Of a DNA stretch of 64,000 nt, positions 12,035 through 24,216 are shown in pieces. Every line of letters begins with the position of its first letter. The stretch's first letter is position 1. A program made the translations under genes and the position numbers. The notes beneath the pieces are model-generated. The model had not been told where the DNA came from. It ran no database searches and saw nothing but the letters and a program-made list of their open reading frames with translations. The stretch comes from Eledone cirrhosa (lineage: Eukaryota): assembly GCA_964016885.1 (NCBI GenBank), contig OZ024746.1, positions 44,578,001 to 44,642,000 of the forward strand. Direction: 5' to 3'.

Positions 12035-14112
12035 ATGGCTACGAAAAAGAATTTTCATAGGTCGCTCCAACTCATTCCGTCTTCTTCTTCCTCAATCGTC
12101 ACTATAGCAGAGAGAAGATTGTCTCTCTCCCTCCCTTCTCTAAATGTGTCTCTCTCCCTCCCTTCTCTAATTGTGTTTCTCTCCCTCCCTTCTCTTTCGC
12201 AAGCGACGCCAGAAAAGAAAAATCACGTGCAAAGCGTGCAAGATTTCTCCACGACGACGACGACAACGACGAAAAAGGTGTGCGGGAAATACGAAAACCC
12301 ATTTTATTCGTCTGACGTCAGGAATAATAACAGTAGCAGCCGTAATAAAAGCAGCAGCAGCAACAGTGACAAGGAAAATAACAGTAGCAGCCGCAACAGC
12401 AGCAGCAACAGCATAAACAACAACAGCATTAGCAGCAACAACAACAGCAGCAGCAGCAGCAGCAACAACAACAACAACCATAGCAACAGCGGCGGCGGCA
12501 GTAGTCGTAGTACCTGCAGCAACAGCAAAAACAACTGCAGCAAAGAAAAACCAATCTCGTTTACAGGTATCGCAAAGAACCTGGAAACCATCCTCATAAC
12601 AAATGAGGAATTAGAGGAAGCGAAGAAGATGGTGAAAAAACCGGACACCGAGCAATCTGCAAGGCAGCCGAAAACTTTTTCGAAACCCAACAGCACTGTA
12701 CGGTCACGTATCGTACAGTAAGCACAAAATCCCGTAGGGTTGAAAGAGCCACAAAGGCTCAAAGACAAAAAGCCTTAGGGTCTGTGTGGCAGCGGAAAAC
12801 GCACATCACTCGAGGCAAGAAATATGCCACACCCCAGGAGGCAAAGGCTCAATCTTTAGTGACCCTAAGGAGCGAGGAAATGGTGTTGGTGCCCTCCTAC
12901 ACCGGGAAGGCCCCTTCTTGGCTGGCCGCGTCTGTCCTCGTCGGAATCGAGAACAAAATAACTGTACTACAAGTACAGAAAAAAGTAAGAGAAGATTGGG
13001 TCGGCACCTCCATTGAAATGTTAATCCACACCAACCAGGAGTGCATCGAAGCTATCCCGGATGTGATAGACTTCGATAACGGCACTCAACTGCCCACAAG
13101 AGTTGAGGGCAAACGCCCGAAATGCTTTCGCTGTGGATCGAAGACTCACCTCAGGGCCTTCTGCAACGAGAAGACGCTGAGAAAGGAGAACGCCCCCCCC
13201 CCCCCCCCTCCTTCCGAAACCGGCTCCACGGCTACCAGCAACAGGACAAGCGGCAACCAGGAACGATAGGTCCGTGGCACCCATACCCACGCCACGGAAA
13301 TCAAAAACAGCAGCAGCAGTGGAAGTATTAACAACAACAACATCAATACCAAATGCAGCTGCAACAGAGGCTCCAGTGCAAACATCACCAACAACAACAA
13401 GTGAAAGAGTGGAGCTGGTACCCCTGCCCGACCTCACAGAATCAGACATGGAGTGTGAGGTGGGAGAGGGATGGCAAAAGGTCGTAAGAAGGCACAAACG
13501 CAGAAGCAGCGCATAGTCGCCTTCGAAAAGGGAGGAAAGAAATGAAAAAAGGGTAAAGGCTACTGCAAAGAGACTCACAGCAGCAACACCACCAACACCA
13601 TCACCACCCACACTAGCACCACCATCACCAACGGCGACAACCCCACCGACAACAACACCTTCAACACCACCACCACAAGCACCAATGTCGCAAACACAAC
13701 AACAAAACACACACACCCAACAACAACGACAAGAAAATAGCAGAACCACACCCCACCCCCAGAAAAACAAATGCACGGCAATACACACAACAAGAAACTA
13801 ATGACTTACATAATTGAACACACAGACATTCACAGCACGACTACATAATACCAGCACCAATCAAAACGCCAACTAACATAAGACTGCTAAAAATAGCACA
13901 GAAACAATATACAAACATTAAAAGGAAATTCCCCAACGCAGTTGGTGATTTCAGAGACCTAGGAGGGACTCTTAACCGGAGAGTATATTCGGACATACTC
14001 ATAGAAGAGCCGACGACCAGCCGAAGGGACGATTCAACGGTCCCTTCCTTCACCAGACGATCAACTGAAAAGGGATGGAAAAACCATCCTTCCTCTACGA
14101 AAAGTACGGTAA
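12035..14112 (+). pseudogene. T1 ORF1 (gag-like, one CX2CX4HX4C knuckle, Thr/Pro-rich), disrupted
   Basis: ORF pieces 12002-12721, 12784-13269 and 13274-13516 are homologous to the 24217-26198 ORF1 (e.g. IPDVIDFDNGTQLPTRVEGKRPKC vs IPEVIDLTDGSHLTVIVEGRRPRC). Confidence 0.8.
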
Positions 14113-14147
14113 GTGGTCTTTCCCATCTTTTCTACTCTATTTTAAAC

Positions 14148-17100
14148 ATGACCTCACTCAGAATAGGCAGCATAAATGCGCGGGCTTGGGGTCGTCATGG
14201 AAGCAGGGTCACCTGCTCAACGACCTCGGGTCACTAAACATAGATGTAGTGGCCATCAGCGAGACCAGAATCTCCGAAGCACGGGCCTTCGCACCGATCT
14301 TCGGCGGCTACGATGTGTACGCATCTCCCAGCCGTCCCGGATCGGGGGGAGGAGTTGCTGTGCTTTTTCGGAGAGGTCTGGATCTCGCCATACAGGCCAT
14401 CTTCCTGGACCCAGAGGGTAGGTTGGTGGTGCTGGACGTGACCAGCGGAGACGGGGAACCTTTCAGGCTAGTGGCCGTCAATGCCCCACAGGAGCAGGAC
14501 GGCCTGATTTCTTCCGGCGTTTGGAAACCTTTCTTGGACGTCCCGCTCTTTAGTGTTAGTGGGCGACTGGAACGGGATCTTAGGTGCACGCTGGGACTGT
14601 GTGGGATTAGCGGATAGGGGTGGGGGGTGCAAGAGCCTCACCAACCTGCTCAGGCGTTTTGAACTGTCTGACAGGTACCGATTGGATTTCCCGAATGTGC
14701 CAATGTGGACTTGGACAAATCGCATAGGGTCATCCAGATCATATCTAGATAGAGTATTTTGTAGGGAAATAGAGAGGTCTAGCATAGGCTGTCCACAATT
14801 CAAGATAGTCATCTACACGGACCACAAATTCGTGATCTGTGTGGTTGACTTAGATAGGCTTCATAGACAAGGATCCGGCTACTGGAAGCTAAACGCGTAC
14901 TTACCAGCGCGCAAGGCCTACGGAGACCGGATTAGCGAACTAGTTAAGCGGGCGTTGACGGGGGGCCATCGTCAAAAACAAGTGGTGGTTTGCTCTGAAA
15001 AGAGCGATTAGAATAGAATCCATTAGGTTTAGTAAGGCTTTAGCAATAGAGAAAAATAGAGCAGAGGGAGAACTAGTTAGAAAATTAGACGAGGACTTTA
15101 GCAAAGGCTTCGCGACCGACGTGCTTGCGGCGAAATTGGCCCTTGACCAATTCTTCAATGCAAAGCACGAAGACTGCGTTGTCAGAGCTAGGGTGCGTGC
15201 TCTCAGACACGAGGGGACGAAAGCCGTTCAATGGGCCGGAGTGGCGGAGGTGCGTCGTGGCAACAAAGCCACGATCCGGTCTTTGGTGGACCATGACGGG
15301 CGAATGCTACTCGATCCCGGGCAAATGTGTGAAGCTTTTCAGCGACACTTCGCTCAGCTATTCGGGGGCAGCGGTGGGCCGGGTCGAGGGATGGACTTTA
15401 GTGTCTATCTCGACGGACTGCCGCGGCTCTCGGCCACTGAGACGGAGTGTTGCGAAAAGCCGCTAACAGCCGGTGAAGTACGGGAGGCAATGACTGGCTG
15501 CACAAGGGGTAAATCACCTGGTTTGGATGGTTTGCCCTATGAACTTTACGTACAGATGCCAGACTTGTTCGGAGGCTTCTTGGCGGACGTCTACTGCAAC
15601 TAGCAACAGAACGGGAGAATTCCCAGATCTGTGAGCCGAGGAGCGGTGGCACTGCTGAGAAAGGATCCAAACAAGGGGGATAACATAGATAATTTCCGGG
15701 CCATAACTCTGCTAAACACAGAGTTCAAGACTTTGGCCAAGGTGCCAGTAAAGAGGTTGGCGCTTGTCGTTGGTGGTCTGGTGGGAGAGGCGCAGACATG
15801 CGCCATTCCTGACAGATCCATCCACGACAACCTCCACCTCATGCGATACATCGTGGAGAGGGTAGTAGGGAACCTGGCACGGGTGACCCCTTGATCAATT
15901 TAGATTAATCGAAAGCTTTCGATAGGGTCGACCATCGTTAGCTAGCGGCAGTCCTGAGGGCGGCTGGCTTTGGGCCCGTCTTCAGAGGCTGGATCGCTGC
16001 CATGCACAGCGACATCTGCTCTGTGGTGAGAGTGAACGGTCACCTTTCGGAACCGTTCAACATCATGCGCTCGGTCCGCAAAAGATGTCCCCTGTCGTCT
16101 CTCTTGTAAGTATTGACTCTCGAGCCATTACTGCACAAACTGGAGACGTTGAGGGGCGTCCTGCGCGAACTAGGATGCGGAAGATCCGTGTATGCATATG
16201 CGGATGATTTCACCGTAGTGGTGTCGAACGCCAAACACACTGAGGCGATCGGCACTACACTAAGAGAATACGAGGCGGTGACAGGAGAAATGATCAACCA
16301 GGAAAAGTCAGTGGGCCTGCGGCTCGGCACCTGGAGAGGCAGGTCCATGCCATCCAACAGCGTCGTCGGACTCTGGACGGACGGACCGGTTAAATTGCTA
16401 GGGGTTTGGTTCAGTCCGGACCTCCAGACGGATAAAAACTAGGACGAGGTGACGAGCAGGGTGGCTTCTCTCACCCAGAAATGGGCGGAGAGGAAGCTAT
16501 CCCTGAAAGGTCGAGCGGTGGTAGCTAACGCGTACATCGCGTCTGTCATCTGCTACCGCCTGACCGTCGTACCTTGTCCTAAGCCCCACCTGACTGCGCT
16601 GGAGCGTTTGCTCTTTCGCTTTTTGTGGAAGGGACGCGCTCCGATGTTCAAGCGGTCCATCTGCTGTCAACACCCGCTACGTGGAGAGTTCGGCATGCCG
16701 TGGTTGATGATGCGCAGACACGCGCTCAGGCTACGACATCTCCACCTCTTCCTCGACGGTGATCAGATGTGGTCGCCGTTTGCTAGACACGTATTTCCCC
16801 AGCTCGTTTCCTTGACGGAGCTGCAGTCCTGGGTCAATCGAAGACGGAGAGGGAGCGCTTGGAGACTGGAATGTCTTCAGGCGCTCACAGCCCTCGACCA
16901 ATCGGGCAATGTGATCGGTGGAAACTCCACCTCGGCGTTCTATAGAGGATTAGTGGAGGGGAAGAGCGACGACGTACTTGGGTAAACTCTAGGCGTCGTC
17001 GAAAATCAACTAGCCAATCTCTTCGGAAGAACTTTCGGGCCGGGACCTATGGACAACTTCCAGAAATCTCTGGCCTGGCATTGCTACCGAGGAGCCTTGT

Positions 17101-17526
17101 CAGTTCGGGATAAACTCTACAGACATGGAGGTGCCATCAGCCGGGCATGTCCTGCACGCACTCGTCCAGTGTCCGAAAATTGCTGACTTGTGGGTTTATG
17201 TCGAACACCTGCCGTCGCGTGTAGGACGGATCCGGCTATCATCTGAGTCCATCGTCAGGATTGTCCTGCCCTCTTCCTTTAGCCGGGAAGGGCAGGCAGA
17301 TTTTATCTGTCTGGTGGCCATGTCGAAAGAGATAGTATGGTGGACACGTTTGAAAGGGCTGAAGACGAGCACTTACCTCTTCGGTGATGCCCTGATTAAC
17401 TTTTTCAAATTTCATTTGAAAAGGAAAATCAGGGTAGAGAGGGAAGTGCTCTGTTCCCAGCATTTTGTTGAAAGATGGGAGAGAGAAGCAAGAATGACCC
17501 GAGTGAAGTACGTATCTGTAAATTAA
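14148..17526 (+). pseudogene. T1 ORF2 (APE endonuclease-RT), many stops and frameshifts
   Basis: ATGACCTCACTC start shared with T2 and T3. Motifs SETR, GDWN, YLDR, TDHK, GYWKLN, KSPGLDGL, YADD. Confidence 0.9.
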
Positions 17527-17803
17527 AGGTGGAAAACTGGGAGAGGGCACTTGTCTTGGTGGTCAGGGTCACTGTGGCCTTTTACTGGGCTTTCTCCACA
17601 AATGTCCCTCCGAAGTCTAACCCTTTTGGGGAATGTTTCATTGTTATTTTTTTGTTACATTCTCTGTTTCTTGTTTTTTACAGGCAGAAATGCCCATTTT
17701 TACCGTCCTGTATTGTCCTGCACTGTCCTTAATGTCTACATTATGTAAACCCTTTGTGGTCAATAAAGAAATCATTATTATTATCATTATTATTATTATT
17801 ATT

Positions 17804-20800
17804 ACAGTTGCATTTATCTTGCTTCATGTTCATACGAGTTATCACCAAGTCACAACCAATGACCTCAAGAGACAACAAGGTCCGCCATGTTCAAGAAAGA
17901 ACATACACACTCACACATGCATCTTTAGTGTTTAGACTTGTGATGTACTTATATTGACAGAATCTTCCTTAGTATATGGGCAGTTCCCATTAGTACTATC
18001 TTTTGTATTTCTCCTATACGCGGGTTTCCTGGGATTTGCAATAAGTAATCATTAGACCCCTTAGGTATCATTCCCAGAGCGCCCACAACCACTGGTATTA
18101 TTTTAGTTCTCAATTTCCACATTTTTCCAATTTCTATCTCCAGGTCCTTATACTTGCTCAATTTTTCAAATGTTTTTATAGATACATTCTTGTCTATTGG
18201 AACGGACATATCAATTAGCAGGCATACCCTCTTTTTAAAGTCCTTCAATATTATATCAGGTCTATTTGCATCTATTTTTCGGTCTGTTTGGATGCTAAAG
18301 TTCCACAAGATTGAGATGTGATCTTTTTCAAGTATGGGAGGTGGTTGATGCTCCCACCAATTCTTTTGATGGGGCAGGTCAAAATGCTTACACATTATCC
18401 AATTTATGTATTGTGCAGCTCTGTCATGCCTGTTTAGGTATTTGGTTGGAGCTATAGGACTGCACATTGAAATTATATGGTCAATGGTCTCTTGTTGTTT
18501 TTGCATACACGGCATAATGGGCTGCATCCATTTTTTATTATGTTGGCTTGGTAATTTTTTGTTGGCAGACACTGATCTTGTGCCGATATAATCAGTCCTT
18601 CAGTCTCCGATTTCAGTCCAGAGGATGCCAACCACTGATGGGTTAAAGTTTTGTCAACATCAGGATTGTTAGCTCGCTCTGGGTATTTTCCATACAGAGG
18701 CTTTTCTTGCCATTTCTTAGCCAGTTTCTGTAGCAGTTCTTTCTTTGCAGTTACTTTTACCTGCTTTGCTTTTTCTGTGTTTTCTATTTCAGCAGTAAAT
18801 GGGACTTCTGAAATTTGTAGTCCATTACTGTATCTTTGTGCATCTTTTGTAATGGAATATGATCTTTTGATGCTTTCGTGTTTCAAAACGAGTTTGAGCA
18901 TCCAATCATGTGATTCCCTTAGATATGTAAATAATCCAATTGTTGCAGTTTTCAACGCAATGTCTAACTGGATTAATCCACGTCCTCCTTCTTTGCTAGT
19001 GAGATATATTCTATCTATATCTGCCTTAGGGTGATGCATTCTGTGCATGGTTAAGAATTTTCGGATTTTTGTATCGAGCCTACGGATCTCTGTGCTTGAC
19101 CAGTTGATGACATTGTAACTGTAGGTTACTACTGGTATGGCAAGCGTGTTTATGGCATCGATCCTATTCCTTGCATTCAATTCCGTTCTTAAGATTGCTC
19201 TTACTCTGCGGTAACATTCCTTCCTTATCCTTTCCCTCATTGCTTGATTCCGTCTCCTTCACAAAACACCTAGATATTTGTAAGTTTTTTCTTGATCAAG
19301 TTCTCTTATCACGTTCCCCCGATCAAGATTAATGTCTGAACTCTTCAGCAGCTTTCCTCTGGTGAACGTTGCTTTGGCGCATTTATCTAGTCCAAACTCC
19401 ATTTTAATGTCATCACTGAACTGCTCCACAGTGGATAATAGCCCTTGCAATTGTTCATCATTTTTTGCAAATAGTTTCAGGTCATCCATGTAGAACAGGT
19501 GATTAATGGTTTTGTCATAGACTCTATATCCATGATTTGTTTCAATGAGCATTTTACTTAATGGTATAAGTGGGATGCAGAATAAAAGCGGTGATAAAGA
19601 GTCACCCTGAAAAATTCCACAATTAATGTTAACTTCTCCAGCTTCCAGTGATTTTGTTTCACTATTCAAAAGGAGTGTCGTTTTCCATGTCTTCATACTG
19701 GATGACAAAAAGCTCCTGACAACGGGGGATATTTTGAAAATCTCTAAACATTTTTCAATCCAACTGTGTGGCAAACTATCGAATGCTTTTTTATAATCTA
19801 TCCAAGCAATTGATAGATTTTTGTGTCTATTATGACAATCTTCCAGTATCATTTTGTTAACCAAAAGCTGATCCTTACAGCCATATGAGCCTCGTTTACA
19901 CCCTTTCTGCTCAATGGGAAACAGGTTATTTGTTATCAGGTGGTCATATGTGTATTCAGTTAGGACTGATGTTAAAATTTTATACATTGTGGTCAAGCAG
20001 GTTATCGGTCTGTAATTTTTGGTATTGTTTGTCTCATCATTCTTCGGTAGCAGGAATGTAATGCCGTTAACTAGCCATGATGGTATTTTTTCTGGCTCCT
20101 TAACTATTTCATTGTAAAGTTGGGCTAACAGCTCATGAGACTCTGTGAAGGCATTTATCCAAAAGTTTTGTATTTTGTCTTTTCCTGGGGATTTCCATTT
20201 GCTGGTTTTTCTTAGAGCCAAGCGCAACTGTTCAACTGTTATGTTTTCCCATATTTGTTCCTCCAGGTGAGCTGTATCTTTCATTTGTCTGTCTATCCAT
20301 GGGGCATGTATGTTATTTCTTCGGCCCAGATCTTTTCCCAGAATTCTTGCACTTCCTCCTTGGGTGGTATTGATTTAGCAGTTATTGTTGGACTTACCAA
20401 TTTTTCTGTAGAAGTTTCTTTGGTTGTTTTTGAACATATTATTGAGTTTCATCTTGAACATGCTCTCCCTCCACTTTTTCGATCTTTTCTTAATTTTGTT
20501 CTGTTGCCAGTGATTCCGCCCCAACCCTGGGATTCGAAGTGTTACAATTTACCTCGTTTTCACTGACACATGTTTCATTTTCCTTTCGCTGACTTTGTGC
20601 TAATAGCTTGATCTGATCAATTTCTATATAAGTTAGTAACTTTTTTTGTACAATATTTCTTCGTATATTGGCTAGTTTGTTATTGTCAATATAGCCTCTG
20701 TTTTCGGGATGTTTCTTTTTCCAGTTGATATATGTCTGTTCTGTATTCCATGTATTTGATGGGTAGTACATGGCAGTGTAGAAAGCCCCAAGGACTTCTT

Positions 20801-21270
20801 CATTATCTTCCCTTGACCATTTTTCTCTCTTTTTCTTAGATTTCTTGGTGGTGAGCATGGAGGGCCAACAGTAGGAGTATTCCGGTTTTGGGAGGTCTCC
20901 AGCTCCAAAGTGATGGGAAGGTTTGAACCATTAGCTGATTTTTCGACCCCAATCTGGTTCCTCTCTGAGGGACGCGGCCCTTTTTTACCCAGGTGACGGC
21001 CGATCCGGTATGAGATTTTATCATTAGACATTTACTTTATTTTGTCGCGTTTTATCCTTATCCGCCAAGAGGTAATCATTTCGTGTTACCACTTCTAGAA
21101 CGAGTGTCAACCAAGACCGGCGGGGTCGTTCTCCCCTAGAGACACGGCTATTCCCGCCGGCCGCCATCCCGGTATGTCTTGGTCACGGGGTTTTCTTTTT
21201 TGTTGTTTTTTTAAATTGTTATTATCATGAGTGGTTCCTTAATGTGAGCATTGCGTGGCTTAAGAATGAA
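17804..21270 (-). mobile_element. R4/Dong-type element, family B copy 1 (B1), both ends present, ~550 bp internal deletion
   Basis: RT (KNYRPITCL, WIDYKKAFD, GIFQGDSLSP, FYMDD) and RLE (RHD, NRPDIILKD, EKLSKYKDL). Sequence present in B3 at ~41164-41716 is absent at ~20444. (TTA)n on both sides. Confidence 0.93.
17949..21031 (-). pseudogene. B1 RT-RLE polyprotein, frameshifted
   Basis: Collinear ORF pieces 20672-21031, 20490-20858, 19259-20284, 18473-19240 and 17949-18572. Confidence 0.9.
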
Positions 21271-21290
21271 ATTATTATTATTATTATTAT

Positions 21291-23107
21291 TTGCATTGAT
21301 CTTGCTTTATGTTTATACGAGTTATCACCAAGTCACAACCAGTGACCTCAAGAGACAACAAGGTCCGCCATGTTCAAGAAAGAACATACATATTCACACA
21401 TGCATCTTTAGTGTTTAGACTTGTGATGTACTTATATTGACAGAATCTTCCTTAGTATATGGGCAGTTCCCATTAGTACTATCTTTTGTATTTCTCCTAT
21501 ACGCGGGTTTCCTGGGATTTGCGATAAGTAGTCGTTAGACCCCTTAGGTATCATTCCCAGAGCGCCTACAACCACTGGTATTGTTTTAGTTCTCAATTTC
21601 CACATTTTTCCAATTTCTATCTCCAGGTCCTTATACTTGCTCAATTTTTCAAATGTTTTTATAGATACATTCTTGTCTATTGGAACAGACATATCAATTA
21701 GCAGGCATACCCTCCTTTGAAAGTCCTTTAATATTATATCAGGTCTATTTGCATCTATTTTTCGGTCTGTTTGGATGCTAAAGTTCCACAAGATTGAGAT
21801 GTGATCTTTTTCAAGTATGGGAGGTGGTTGATGCTCCCACCAATTCTTTCGATGGGGCAGGTCAAAATGCTTACACATTATCCAATGTATTGTGCAGCTC
21901 TGTCATGCCTGTTTAGGTATTCGGTTGGAGCTATAGGACTGCACATTGAAATTATATGGTCAATGGTCTCTGGTTGTTTTTTGCATACACGGCATAATGG
22001 GCTGCACCCATTTTTTATTATGTTGGCTTGGTAATTTTTTGTTGGCAGACACTGATCTTGTGCCGATATAATCAGTCCTTCAGTCTCCGATTTCAGTCCA
22101 GAGGATGCCAACCACTGATGGGTTAAAGTTTTGTCAACATCAGGATTGTTAGCTCGCTCTGGGTATTTTCCATACAGAGGCTTTTCTTGCCATTTCTTAG
22201 CCAGTTTATGTAGCAGTTCTTTCTTTGCAGTTACTTTTCCCTGCTTTGCTTTTTCTGTGTTTTCCATTTCAGCAGTAAATGGGACTTCTGAAATTTGTAG
22301 TCCATTACTGTATCTTTGTGCATCTTTTGTAATGGAATATGATCTTTTGGTGCTTTCGGGTTTCAAAACGAGTTTGATCATCCAGTCATGTGATTCCCTG
22401 AGATATGTGGATAATCCAATTGTTGCTGTTTTCAACGCAATGTGTAACTGGATTAACCCACGTCCTCCTTCTTTCCTAGGGAGATATATTCTATCTATGT
22501 CTGCCTTAGGGTGATGCATTCTGTGCATGGTTAAGAATTTTCGGATTTTTGTATCGAGCCTACGGATCTCTGTGCTTGACCAGTTGATGACATTGTAACT
22601 GTAGGTTACTACTGGTATGGCAAGCGTTTTATCCTTATCCGCCAAGAGGACCATTTTTCTCTCTTTTTCTTTGGATTTCTTGGTGGTGAGCATGGAGGGC
22701 CAACAGTAGGAGTATTCCGGTTATGGGAGGTCTCCAGGTCCGAAGTGATGGGAAGGTTTGAACCATTAGCTGATTTTTCGACCCCAGTCTGGTTCCTCTC
22801 TGAGGGACGCGGCCCTGTTTTACCCGGGTGACAGCCGATCCGGTATGAGATTTTATCATTAGACATTTACTTTATTTTGTCGCGTTTTATCCTTATCCGC
22901 CAAGGGGTAATCATTTCGTGTTACCACTTCTAGAACGAGTGTCAACCAAGACTAGAGGGGTCGTTCTCCCCTAGAGACATGGCTATTCCCCGCCGGCCGC
23001 CATCCCGGTATTTCTTGGTCACGGGGTTTTCTTTTTGTTGTTTTTTTTTAAATTGTTATTATCATGAGTGGTTCCTTAATGTGAGCATTGCGTGGCTTAA
23101 GAATGAA
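21291..23107 (-). mobile_element. Family B copy 2 (B2), RT-less internally deleted derivative
   Basis: Keeps the 5' UTR, N-terminus, post-RT region and RLE. The RT domain is deleted at the junction ~22627-22650. In tandem with B1 across (TTA)n 21271-21290. Confidence 0.92.
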
Positions 23108-23113
23108 ATTATT

Positions 23114-23981
23114 AATACTTGTCTCCACTCCAGGAACAAGGCCAGCAATCACCCAGTGCATTACAATAATATAAAATACATTTTGTTGTAGTTGGCTGTT
23201 ATTGTTGTTGGCTATGCCGGTGGTGGTGCCGGGGCTTTTTATATTGTTGGTGAGGAAGGGGTGAGCCAGCAGTCCCATAATTGTTGATGTAGACGTTTGG
23301 CCGTGGCAAGGTCACCGAGTCAATCTATTTATATCTTTTGCTAGCCTCTCTCTTGTCTAGTGCTACCGCCACCTTCCCTTTTCTCTCTCAAGTTAACAGG
23401 GGAATAGTGTCAGTAGCATTGAAGGAGTGGCGGCGGCGACGATGGATGTGGTGGGGTGGTGGCAGCGGTGGTGTTGTGGTTACTGATATAGTATCTATGA
23501 GTTTGTGTTCGTATGTTTAATATATATTTTTATTATATTTTATTTTGTGTTGACATATTCCCGTAAAATTTGAATTAAACATTTTTTTAAAATTTGAGAC
23601 AATAATACTAGTAATTATTATTATGATGCTGGTGAAAATATATTTAGTGTGATGGGATAGGTAGTGTATCAAGTGTATCAAGTTTCTGGTGTTGGTGAAA
23701 TTGAAATTGCTGCTGTTCAATATAGTGTAGACAGAGGGTGTTTTGTTCCATTTATAACCATTTTCTTTTTTGAATACAAAATATATAATACAAAATTGAA
23801 TATTTGAGCGATACAACAATATAATATGGATCCGAAACTTTATGGGACCTCATTCGGTGCCTTTATGCAACATTTGTGCTAAGAATTGTTCTTCTTTCAC
23901 AATTGATTTAAATATGTTAAAAATAAAAAAACTTACGGGAGCAATTTCGTGACGTTCTACCACCTCGTGCGTCTTCTTCCC
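23114..23981 (-). mobile_element. Orphan LINE-like 5' leader fused to a SINE 3' tail
   Basis: 5' end (..GCTCCCGTAAGTTTTT..) resembles the family A leader. 23114-23164 is the reverse complement of the SINE tail (GTAATGCACTGGGTGATTGCTGGCCTTG). Confidence 0.6.
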
Positions 23982-24216
23982 TTATTATTATTATTATTAT
24001 TATTATTGGCGACCTACGTAGGAAATCGTATTATCGTGAGCTTCGCAAAGGTTTGTTATTTCCGTTTGTCTAAAAATTGCCATTTATGGAAAATTTTATT
24101 GTTAACTGTTTATAAGCACACATACATTGTTTTCCGAAAAGGACACCTAAAAAGATTGGGGCCTTGTGCCCAAAATTTTAACTTTTATTATTATCAAAAA
24201 ATTTCTTTGAAAGAAA

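Larger units (their letters stand above)
11820..17773 (+). mobile_element. Tx1/L1-type LINE copy T1, full length, defective
   Basis: 5' UTR, ORF1 with CFRCGSKTHLRAFC knuckle, ORF2 APE-RT-zinc finger, 3' UTR with AATAAA then (ATT)n. Preceded by (TTA)n 11769-11819. Confidence 0.93.

Noticed and set aside
12102-13793. Poly-Leu, poly-Val and poly-Ala ORFs
   Set aside because: Alternative-frame or antisense readings of CAG/CAA/CAC-rich ORF1 linkers.
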